This document shows positions 40,201-47,299 of a stretch of 64,000 bases of DNA, in pieces. Origin of the DNA: Bacteroidota bacterium (GTDB taxonomy: Bacteria; Bacteroidota; Rhodothermia; Balneolales; HLUCCA01); contig JAFIEZ010000005.1 of the NCBI GenBank assembly GCA_020832235.1, forward strand, positions 87,374 to 151,373, given 5' to 3'. Under the pieces are notes generated by a model. That model made no database searches. It saw only the letters and a list, made by a program, of their open reading frames with translations, and was not told the origin of the DNA. Position 1 is the stretch's first letter. Each line of letters opens with the position of its first letter. The position numbers and the translations under genes are program-made.

Positions 40201-40645
40201 GATACACGGATGGATGGTGCCTTTTAAGAAACTCTACCGCCAGGTAATCGAAGATTTTGCCAAGAATAACATCAGGCGGGTCGGCCTCGGGATCGGTGGT
40301 ATTCAGGTTGTTCTTTAGCTCGTATAAGTGATCCAGCGATTGTTCGATCGTTTGGATGAAATCACCGTTTCCGGACTCATGACTTGACCAAATATCACCT
40401 ATCAACTCTATGGAAGCGAGGGTTTGTTCAGCGATCAGGGTAGCATTTCCCATATTCACCTTGGCGGCCTCGAGAAAATTGAGCGTCAGGCTGAGTTTAT
40501 TGGTAGAGATGATTTCCGACTCACCCGTGGTAACATCATGCAAGGGTACTTCAAACGTAACAGGTGTGCTCCTTGCAATAGTGGTAATCGGCTCGAAAAA
40601 CTTCTCGAACTGTTCTAGAATGTTCTCAACGCTGGACTGACTCAT
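37241..40645 (-). CDS. Giant-operon gene 2 (1134 aa), unknown function; helical N-terminus and a large beta-rich module
   Basis: Uninterrupted 3.4-kb ORF starting 12 nt after the gene 1 stop. G/S/L-rich beta-like segments include 'GVLQLEFAKVGLNAIGIL', 'QLGFGFSLSKVGGLFG', 'LSLGGMHPAFNRPPAFPELDRLAISL' and 'TGTLGFDALFQFSPFYFIVDVYGSVAL'. From memory this resembles the DUF6603 type; that is unverified. Confidence 0.9.
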   Translation of the reverse strand: MSQSSVENILEQFEKFFEPITTIARSTPVTFEVPLHDVTTGESEIISTNKLSLTLNFLEAAKVNMGNATLIAEQTLASIELIGDIWSSHESGNGDFIQTIEQSLDHLYELKNNLNTTDPEADPPDVILGKIFDYLAVEFLKRHHPSVYHASVFAGLITTDSSERQKIEFSRIAEIIQDPLQELGNIFDTNSSSFNPDYLIIRLYSALTNLTENVELIQLIDDEFTSNAIRLTLLQNNTPPQTAELGAFLSGYSDQSDQSGLRLNFFGNAGLNFERTLSNTLKWALQSSLSADLDAAIEFTDNRFRTVNLNDGAISTELSVASNLTYIAPPPGHSLFSLPGLANITFNGMDLGAKLEVENDDKSYDIRFQLKDVAFSLQPDNPDGFIATILPENGLQNTFDIVFGFNDQNGLYFQNGNDLSTTISLNTGSPSSLLNVSTIQLSGAFTNQELDIEALLTGNVKLGPLAMSVDGLGLKASIGRRTDPDTFNVLNFHGSSNDSYGLSLSFRPPSAIGLTIDTGAVTGGGFLSFNPDKGEYAGVLQLEFAKVGLNAIGILNTKMPDGSKGYSLLLIITAEFTPSIQLGFGFSLSKVGGLFGAHRNVLVEAMREGLRTNSLGSILFPQDPVNNAPALISSLGSIFPVQQSRYVFGPMASITWGTPKILTIELGVLLDMPSPLRLIILGRIRMALPTEQAALVKINLDMLGVIDFGEKTISIDATLFDSRLTLYTLSGDMAMRMKYGNKPAFALSLGGMHPAFNRPPAFPELDRLAISLSSGNNPKMRLEAYLALTSNTAQVGARLDLYAAAGNWNVTGTLGFDALFQFSPFYFIVDVYGSVALRRKSKHIMGLSVSFTLSGPNQWRAKGKATIKILLFKGSISFDLTIGKKKPEELPSADVWPLLKSALEADDNWYAELPSKDDAFVMFKEGSSEKVHPLGVIQFRQQVVPFNLEIEKFGNALPTGARTFRIEGITSNSNDASFRETKEYFAPAQFLSLTDKEKLSRPSFESFTAGAEIQSSTAVAPDGTLKTLEYEQIVVDGPQDVPLALKLTLHPKFQTVMNRNRAAIGKSLTKTGFARYNAPSMGIQLKEKAYAITDKQSMQPVDFTAGSYAETAQKLRQMDGQNTHQVVDQNELLP

Positions 40646-40657
40646 TCGTGCTCTTGT

Positions 40658-42586
40658 TTAAGATTTATAGTATTCCAATAACTTTACCTGGTCGTCGCCT
40701 TCACCAATGACTGCAGTCATTTGATACCATTTTCCTACTAATTCATCCATTTCGTCATTATCTCGAGATATTGAGGTTTCTCCGTTTGAAAAGAGCCTTC
40801 TCATATCCTCTCTATCTAAAAAGTCCTCATGAGATCCACCATTCTCTATTGGTCCGACATCGAAATGCGTTGTGAAACTTCTCTGCAGCCATCGGTGATG
40901 AACGCCATCAATCTCTCTGAAAGGTTGAAATAAAACAGAGAAAGTGTATCTGCCTGTTTTCAATGAAAAGTTGAGCGGATTTAAAAATGTCTGCATCCTG
41001 TTTATTTGTTCTTCCAGTGCAATTTGTGGATCAGGATGATCAAAGTTGTAGGCTACATGGTCCGGCTCATTATTTTTTGTGGCAGCTATAATCCCTTTTG
41101 TTCCGAAGTAGCAATAGTCTGCAAACTGTTCATAAACACTTCGTTGACCTCGTGAGATCAAGGCACTTCCAATTAATGCAAGTGTTGAAATGATTAAGCT
41201 AGCAACCCAAAATTTTGGCCCGCCAGCTATGGAAAGAACTCGCATATAAGCTCCAAGACTGAAAGACATTACAGAGCCTGAAACGACAACTAAATTCCCG
41301 ATGATAACCATGTTTTCACCGTAAATCGCAGCGTAATGTATATTTCGGCCGGCAATTACAATGTCAATTACCACAATGATGAATCCAAGTCCTAAACCTA
41401 TTCTCTTTCCGTTTAACTTTCTGTTACTTCCAGTCTTTAGACGTTTCGTAACATTCTCAGTAATAACATTAACAGCGTTAACAGCCTTTTTTACATCTTC
41501 AGCACTAATATTTTCTTCATTATTAAAACTAGATGCAATTACTATGGTTGATTTAGCTCCTGCAATGATAGACAAGGCGTCAAAAGCAAGGCCCACCATA
41601 GTGCCTAACTTCGTTTCGAACTTAGATATCTCTTCGGCTAAATCTTCATCAGTTGTTGCATTGTTAAACGCTTCTATTGCACTTGCTGGGAGTACTAACA
41701 AGAATAATTCATTAACAATATCTTGTGCACTATCTGTCAGTCCATGGGTAAGATCATTCTCAACGGTTGACCGATACAGAAGCGACATCCATACAAATGG
41801 AATCACATCTTTAGCAAAATAACTCAACAGGGTGAATGCACTTACTACAGGTGCACTGTTTGTGGCGGGTATACTAGCCGCTATATCCCTTTGGAATTGC
41901 TCACCAAGTTCAGCATCAGCAAAATTAAGAACAGGAACTCCGTTAGGGTCTTCATCAACCTTTACGCCAATGTCACCAATTATTCCCTTAATTCTTGGAA
42001 TTTCAAGTAACTCTCCGGACAGTGTCGAGGTTTCCTTTAAGTAGTCAATTCCTGTTTCAGTATAACCCAAAGCACCAATTACGGTGTTGAGGAATTGGAT
42101 TTTGGCAACAGTATTAAGCTCGTCGAATGCTGAAAGCAAGTCACCAGTTTTAACATTAGTGATTATGCTGTTCGTGTAGAATTCCATCAGGTTTTCAATC
42201 GTAAACTCAAATTCTTCAAAAGGTTTGCTTTTACTTTGGTCTAGACTACTACGAAATTTGGATAAAATTTCGCTACCATCTTCACCACTTGACTCCAAGG
42301 CTTCCGTAAAACTTTTTATTGACTGGAGTAATCTGATTTTTTCTTTTCGATTAGAATCAGCATCAAAACGTAAGCGCCCTGAATTTACGTTAATGTGTTG
42401 TTCCATGTCGCTTTCAGAGGAATTGAAAACTTTTTTTAACAGCTCATCTTTAACACTTTTTTCGGGGTCATGACGTATTTCCAAGCCTGTATTCAAATAC
42501 TTGATGTGCAAATCAAGGATATACTCAATTTCAATTGCCATCAGCACAGTGGCTGACAAACGTTGTGATCCGGTTGTATTACTCAT
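40658..42586 (-). CDS. Giant-operon gene 1 (642 aa), unknown function, helical protein with a clustered TM/glycine-zipper-like region
   Basis: ORF visibly AT-richer than genes 2-5. Hydrophobic cluster at aa ~395-478 (nt 41153-41404): 'IGLGLGFIIVVIDIVIAG', 'MVIIGNLVVVSGSVMSFSLGAYM', 'FWVASLIISTLALIGSALI'. The start may instead be the internal ATG at 42541. Confidence 0.85.
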   Translation of the reverse strand: MSNTTGSQRLSATVLMAIEIEYILDLHIKYLNTGLEIRHDPEKSVKDELLKKVFNSSESDMEQHINVNSGRLRFDADSNRKEKIRLLQSIKSFTEALESSGEDGSEILSKFRSSLDQSKSKPFEEFEFTIENLMEFYTNSIITNVKTGDLLSAFDELNTVAKIQFLNTVIGALGYTETGIDYLKETSTLSGELLEIPRIKGIIGDIGVKVDEDPNGVPVLNFADAELGEQFQRDIAASIPATNSAPVVSAFTLLSYFAKDVIPFVWMSLLYRSTVENDLTHGLTDSAQDIVNELFLLVLPASAIEAFNNATTDEDLAEEISKFETKLGTMVGLAFDALSIIAGAKSTIVIASSFNNEENISAEDVKKAVNAVNVITENVTKRLKTGSNRKLNGKRIGLGLGFIIVVIDIVIAGRNIHYAAIYGENMVIIGNLVVVSGSVMSFSLGAYMRVLSIAGGPKFWVASLIISTLALIGSALISRGQRSVYEQFADYCYFGTKGIIAATKNNEPDHVAYNFDHPDPQIALEEQINRMQTFLNPLNFSLKTGRYTFSVLFQPFREIDGVHHRWLQRSFTTHFDVGPIENGGSHEDFLDREDMRRLFSNGETSISRDNDEMDELVGKWYQMTAVIGEGDDQVKLLEYYKS

Positions 42587-42680
42587 TGCAGCTTATTGTT
42601 GGCATACGAGCTTAATTCAGCTTGCAGCTTATGTTTGGCATGCGAGCTTAGCTCGGCTTGCAGCTTCTTGTTGCGGACTA
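42587..42680. repeat. 36-bp tandem direct repeat (about 2.5 copies) abutting the start codon of the giant operon
   Basis: tgcagcttattgttggcatacgagcttaattcagct (42587-42622), tgcagcttatgtttggcatgcgagcttagctcggct (42623-42658), and tgcagcttcttgttgcgg... (from 42659). On the minus strand 'TAAGCT' recurs 4 times at about 18-bp spacing. Each unit contains a short palindrome (gagcttagctc, gcatgc). Confidence 0.85.
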
Positions 42681-43107
42681 ATTACCAGCGGCAATCTATT
42701 AACGTGTACCTTGATAATGTGAAACTCCTGCCTGAATAAGACTTTTCAGGAGCTATTGCTTCAATTGATGTTCAGAAGACAGGTCTTAATTGCTGGTTTA
42801 AAAGTCGTTAGCATTTTAGGTCATGCGACTAAATACAAAACATATTGAAGGATGTCAAACCAAATCGAGTGTTTTGCCGGGATAGCTATTTCGGGGGATC
42901 TCAATCCGGCCAAATTTGAGCCGGATTGAGCAAATAGTTGCCAAGTTCAGGTGCTTATTTTGGTGGGATGATTGCGAGATTCAGGTTTGTTGTTCGTCGG
43001 GATGGTTGTCCGCTTTAGTTTTTATAGTGGGGTTCTTTCCCACTGCAGGATTGTTTTTTGGTGGGATGGTTACCTGCTTCGATTTTATTATTGGGAGGGG
43101 TGCCCGC

Positions 43108-44049
43108 TTAAATTTTCATTTCGCCGGAGATGGCTGCCGGCTCACTAAGCTCCAATTCTTCAGCTGCGGACACATCCTTCTTGTGCTGCAGATACACCAG
43201 CGAAGCGCCGATGCCCAGGGGCAATAATCCTACGAGACCGACTATCGGGTAGATACTGTAATCCATATCCGCAAACATCGGGTCTGTTAGAGCGGGCGAG
43301 TTTTGCATCAACAGCATAAATATAGCCGAGCTGACCATGGCGCCGCCAAACCCCGCGATGGTCCACCCGAGAACGGCCTGCCAGCGCATCCATCCCCATA
43401 GAACGATGCTCAGAGTAAACAGCAAAATGGTGGGAATACTGATTACGATTATGACGATAGGTGGCGAGGTCACTTGAGACATGAATAGGAATACGATCAT
43501 GATAAGGAGAAACATGGCCGCAAAAAATGCCGATATCAAAGCGAAAATCTTGGCTATCACGCTTTTGCGTTTTTGGGCACTGCGGACGGATTTCATTCGA
43601 ATCTGAAGTTCGCTATCGGTGTACGTTCCCGCAAAAAAAGCGGTGGTAGTCGGCAGGAACAACAGATAAGCGAATAGCATGTAGATTATGATGCTAAACA
43701 GGATGAAAGGCAGCTGAATATCCATCACCAAAAAACTGGCTGCAAACGAAAGCGGGTAGTAGGCAAGAAAAAAGGTCCTGATCCAGGCTTGTTTGTTCAA
43801 AAGGAAATACCCTAATGAAAACATAACGATGCCGCTCACCAGGTTGAACATGATCATTCCGGGGATGTTGGCTCCGATATGTTGGAGGCTATTTGCGGTT
43901 TCAGGATTTACAAAAGTGAGGAGTCCGTAAATGGAGAAAATTGCGCTGACGATGAAATACCATCCCAGAATGGTAACAACGGTAGGGCGATTTTTATTTT
44001 CGAATAGTTTTTCGACGGAGGTGTCGTTGAAAATAGCAGTGATGTTCAT
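43108..44049 (-). CDS. Polytopic integral membrane protein, unknown function
   Basis: 313 aa with about 8 hydrophobic helices (for example 'VVTILGWYFIVSAIFSIYGLLTF', 'IFALISAFFAAMFLLIMIVFLFM'). No family recognised. Confidence 0.75.
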   Translation of the reverse strand: MNITAIFNDTSVEKLFENKNRPTVVTILGWYFIVSAIFSIYGLLTFVNPETANSLQHIGANIPGMIMFNLVSGIVMFSLGYFLLNKQAWIRTFFLAYYPLSFAASFLVMDIQLPFILFSIIIYMLFAYLLFLPTTTAFFAGTYTDSELQIRMKSVRSAQKRKSVIAKIFALISAFFAAMFLLIMIVFLFMSQVTSPPIVIIVISIPTILLFTLSIVLWGWMRWQAVLGWTIAGFGGAMVSSAIFMLLMQNSPALTDPMFADMDYSIYPIVGLVGLLPLGIGASLVYLQHKKDVSAAEELELSEPAAISGEMKI

Positions 44050-44200
44050 AGGTTTTCGGACTGGTTCTAGGCGACTAAGTTGAGTGAATATAAAGTTGTC
44101 AAGCTGTGTATAGGTTAAATATTAAGAAATTTAAATCTGGGAGATAAGCATGTCAGTTTGGCGAATATACACACGTTTTTTTGTCTTAAAACGTGCCATT

Positions 44201-44734
44201 TCATCTGATTCGCTTGTAATGCAGCTGCGTTAAACCGGTGTCGAACGACTTCGCGCTCACAAATTCGAGGCGTTGTTCGGGTCGGTTGTCTTTGAATAGT
44301 CTCGTTCCGTTGCCGAGCAAAATCGGAATAACGGAAATAATCAATTCGTCTATCAGGTCGTGCTGAAGCAGTTCATGAATGATTTCGGCGCCACCATCGC
44401 AATAGATGTCTTTTCCATCCTCTGACTTGAGTTGCTGGACCAATGCCTGCACGTCGCCTGAGTAGAACGTCGTTTTGCCAACGCTCGGCCTTTCCGTTCG
44501 GGTGATTACATAGACGTCGCGATGGCCGTTATCGTAATGTTCAGAACCGATTGCTTTAAGCACATAATCGTAGGTCTTTCTGCCGAGAATAATGGTGTCG
44601 ATGTTAGCCGTGAACTCGGCGTAGCCGTAATCTTCACCATCCTTCTCAACTAATTTCAGAAAGCTCAGGTCGTCATTCGGCTTGGCGATGTATCCGTCTA
44701 AACTAGACGCTATGAAAAGGGATAGTTTCCGCAT
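44201..44734 (-). CDS. Dihydrofolate-reductase-family protein (RibD C-terminal domain type)
   Basis: 'MRKLSLFIASSLDGYIAKPNDDLSFL...DTIILGRKTY...IYCDGGAEIIHELLQHDLIDELIISVIPILLGNGTRLF' is typical of RibD_C/YwjB-like reductases. The internal ATG at 44734 was chosen as the start. Confidence 0.8.
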   Translation of the reverse strand: MRKLSLFIASSLDGYIAKPNDDLSFLKLVEKDGEDYGYAEFTANIDTIILGRKTYDYVLKAIGSEHYDNGHRDVYVITRTERPSVGKTTFYSGDVQALVQQLKSEDGKDIYCDGGAEIIHELLQHDLIDELIISVIPILLGNGTRLFKDNRPEQRLEFVSAKSFDTGLTQLHYKRIR

Positions 44735-44759
44735 GGTTGGTTGATTTTTATACGAATTT

Positions 44760-46973
44760 CTATCCAATCACTCTTTCAAATACTCCAACAACTCTGAAAT
44801 TGACTATTCCTTCTTCTATAAGCACTATTTCTTTATACCTATCTTCACTTGATAGTGGCTTCAATATGATAGATGTATGCGCCCAATCATCGTTAGAATC
44901 GTTTTTTACACTTTGATACTCTTTAACTGTGTACCCAGAACCAAAATCTGCGTCATGAATATCAGAGGACTCTACTAAAACGATTTTACCATTTCTTGAA
45001 CCTCCTGAATAACGTCTGAATAAACAATATGAACCATTAGGAATACGCTTATTCATGGACTCCCCGACAACTTTACAGATAAAGTCCCCTTCACGTATTG
45101 ATATGCCCTCTGGTGCAGTGACCCAGTTTAGCTCCGAGTGAAGTTGATTTTCCGAAAAATTGCCCGCAGCAGCCTGAATGTCGACCAGTGGCACCGCATT
45201 TTCATAAGGTTTTACTTTATCGAAGTCCAATATTTCAAAGACGGATGCTTCTGGCTTTTGTTTCTTGGTTGTACTCTTAACAGATGCATCACTTTTTATA
45301 TGAGCGCTTAAATAGTCTCGTAGATCAGGATCGCATGCGTAAACCAAAGTTCCCTTAATGCCACGGTACATGATTGTTTTGTAGATGTTAACTATGTATT
45401 CTTTCAAGTGCTCATCGTTATCTATACCGGCACTTCCATTTCGATCATAGTAGTTTTGTCGGATGATTTCAATCCGATTTAAAGGTTTGTTGTACGTAAT
45501 CTCCTTGCCGAAGATAATTCCGGCGTAGTTTAAATCATATCCCTGCGTTGTGTGAATACAGCCTACTTCGAGCTCTGCGTTGGCTGAGTTAATCCAGTCG
45601 ATATTTACGTTGTTCCACTGTAATTCTTGTCCTTCAATTACAATGTCGTACTTACTTTTGTCCTCTTTTGAAATCCAGGACCAGGAATATCCGGCAATAA
45701 GACGACATAGCCCCATTTGCTTTTCTTTGGCTACGATTTCATTGTGAAATTCACGGAAAGAGGTAAACAGTCGGAAATCATAGTCATCAGGAATGGATAA
45801 ACCCTGTAAAGGTTGACATTTTAAGAGACGATCAACAAAGTTGATGTAGTCATTGCCTGCAGAAACCCGCATTTGCGAGGTAAGTTTAATGGGCTTAATC
45901 GATTGGCTTTTTATTGCTTGAAAACGTTCTTTTGGGATGTCAGATGGCTTTATGGATTGTGCTTCATCATAAAAGAATATCTGCTGTTTACTGTTCATTA
46001 AAATCCAATCAAGCTGGGTGCCCTCGTTTCCTAAGCCCATTAAACGGTTAGTAGCGTCAAATGATCCATAATTAGGAATGTTCTTTCTACGAGCAAGGCG
46101 ATGCGCTTCATCCACGATGAGAATGTCATACTTCTTTTTTACAACATCGGATGGACCTATGACCATATTGGCACTTAGACCCCCTATCGCTCGGAAAACA
46201 GTTTTTAGACTTCCTCGAAGTGAAGTCATGGGTACTACCAACCCAATATTCACATCTTTAAATCGCTGTTGAAACGTCTCTAATAAACGATACTCCTGCA
46301 GACGATACCCCTCAAGGTCTTCAATTTCATCCGGTGCCGGAAGCGGCGAATGCAAAAGCTTCATCAAATATGTTGCAAGAATGGTTTTTCCGGTTCCTGC
46401 ACTTCCTTCAACAAAGAGATTTGGTTGCTGACGGCTGTTTAATGCGTTAATAATCTCCATCACGGAAGATCGTTGGTCATCTGACAGCGCTTTGTAAGGT
46501 GAGTATTTGAATAAATCGGAGTTCTCGATTTCTTCTATAGACTTGCTAACTAACTTTTCACTTCTTAGTCGGTTCCAGATTTCCTCAAATAATTCCCGAT
46601 ATAGTGGTTTTTCGTAGTAGTTGTGATGGGTTAAGCCCCCATTTCCGTTTTGGAGGATGTATGTATTCTCGGCAGAGAGATATTGGATAAGCTGAGATTC
46701 AATGTCTAATGTTGCTGATTTATTAAAACGGTCAGAACCAATCAAGGTAATGGTATTCAATACCGTGCGGTCATCATTAGCGAAGTGATTCTTTATGCGA
46801 TTGTAAGCATTGGTGGTTTCCCCAACATACGCCAATTTACGAGAGTCATTCTTAATGATGTAAACCAGAGGCCACTGACTCTTGACCCATTTATTTTCTG
46901 CAATTTCAGAGAATGCATTTTTATTGAAAGGGTACCTCGCTAAATCAACAACGATGTTCGTACCGAGGCTCAT
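44760..46973 (-). CDS. GIY-YIG nuclease / DUF2075-type P-loop NTPase / LexA-like S24 peptidase fusion protein
   Basis: N-terminal GIY-YIG-like 'LVYIIKNDSRKLAYVGETTNAYNRIKNH...LDIESQLI'. Walker A 'VEGSAGTGKTILATYL'. Walker B 'YDILIVDEAHRL'. C-terminal 'VPLVDIQAAAGNF...VVGESMNKRIPNGSYCLF...GKIVLVES...YTVKEY', which is LexA/UmuD-like. Confidence 0.8.
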   Translation of the reverse strand: MSLGTNIVVDLARYPFNKNAFSEIAENKWVKSQWPLVYIIKNDSRKLAYVGETTNAYNRIKNHFANDDRTVLNTITLIGSDRFNKSATLDIESQLIQYLSAENTYILQNGNGGLTHHNYYEKPLYRELFEEIWNRLRSEKLVSKSIEEIENSDLFKYSPYKALSDDQRSSVMEIINALNSRQQPNLFVEGSAGTGKTILATYLMKLLHSPLPAPDEIEDLEGYRLQEYRLLETFQQRFKDVNIGLVVPMTSLRGSLKTVFRAIGGLSANMVIGPSDVVKKKYDILIVDEAHRLARRKNIPNYGSFDATNRLMGLGNEGTQLDWILMNSKQQIFFYDEAQSIKPSDIPKERFQAIKSQSIKPIKLTSQMRVSAGNDYINFVDRLLKCQPLQGLSIPDDYDFRLFTSFREFHNEIVAKEKQMGLCRLIAGYSWSWISKEDKSKYDIVIEGQELQWNNVNIDWINSANAELEVGCIHTTQGYDLNYAGIIFGKEITYNKPLNRIEIIRQNYYDRNGSAGIDNDEHLKEYIVNIYKTIMYRGIKGTLVYACDPDLRDYLSAHIKSDASVKSTTKKQKPEASVFEILDFDKVKPYENAVPLVDIQAAAGNFSENQLHSELNWVTAPEGISIREGDFICKVVGESMNKRIPNGSYCLFRRYSGGSRNGKIVLVESSDIHDADFGSGYTVKEYQSVKNDSNDDWAHTSIILKPLSSEDRYKEIVLIEEGIVNFRVVGVFERVIG

Positions 46974-47299
46974 AGCTCATCATATTTCTTGGCTGTTCCT
47001 TTCGCTTTTTCGATGGGGTATTTCTTCCCGTTTCGCTCCACTTTCTCAGCGACGATATCATAGACATCGAACTGATACTTATCTGCTAGTAAAAACGCAT
47101 AAGCAAATACATCAGCCAACTCCTCCTTTACTTTATTAACATTGGCATCCTCGGCATTTTTCCATAGATAAGCCTCTAATAGTTCACCAGATTCAATGTT
47201 CAATGCAATTGCCAAATCCTTCGGGTTGTGAAATTGTGCCCAATCTCTCTGGTCTCTGAATTCAATCAATTTTTCCGTTAGCTTTTTGATATCGCTCAT
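46970..47299 (-). CDS. MazG-like nucleoside triphosphate pyrophosphohydrolase (small all-alpha NTP-PPase)
   Basis: 109 aa. 'FRDQRDWAQFHNPKDLAIALNIESGELLEAYLWK...EELADVFAYAFLLADKYQFD...KVERNGKKYP'. The stop overlaps the start of the DUF2075 gene (ATGA). Confidence 0.85.
   Translation of the reverse strand: MSDIKKLTEKLIEFRDQRDWAQFHNPKDLAIALNIESGELLEAYLWKNAEDANVNKVKEELADVFAYAFLLADKYQFDVYDIVAEKVERNGKKYPIEKAKGTAKKYDEL

Noticed and set aside
42587-42680. Possible CRISPR array (36-bp repeats)
   Set aside because: The repeats are directly contiguous with no spacers, there are only about 2.5 copies, and no cas genes occur in the window.
42916-43227. 103-aa plus-strand ORF in the spacer upstream of the giant operon
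   Set aside because: It is Cys/Trp/Phe/Gly-rich with odd composition. It overlaps the 3' end of the minus-strand membrane-protein gene by 120 nt and coincides with the degenerate DNA repeats. It is more likely non-coding.
44150-44200. A/T-rich 8-bp hairpin (cacgtttt/aaaacgtg) after the DHFR-like gene as a terminator
   Set aside because: The stem is short and AT-rich, and no U-tract follows on the minus strand. This is not enough evidence to annotate it.
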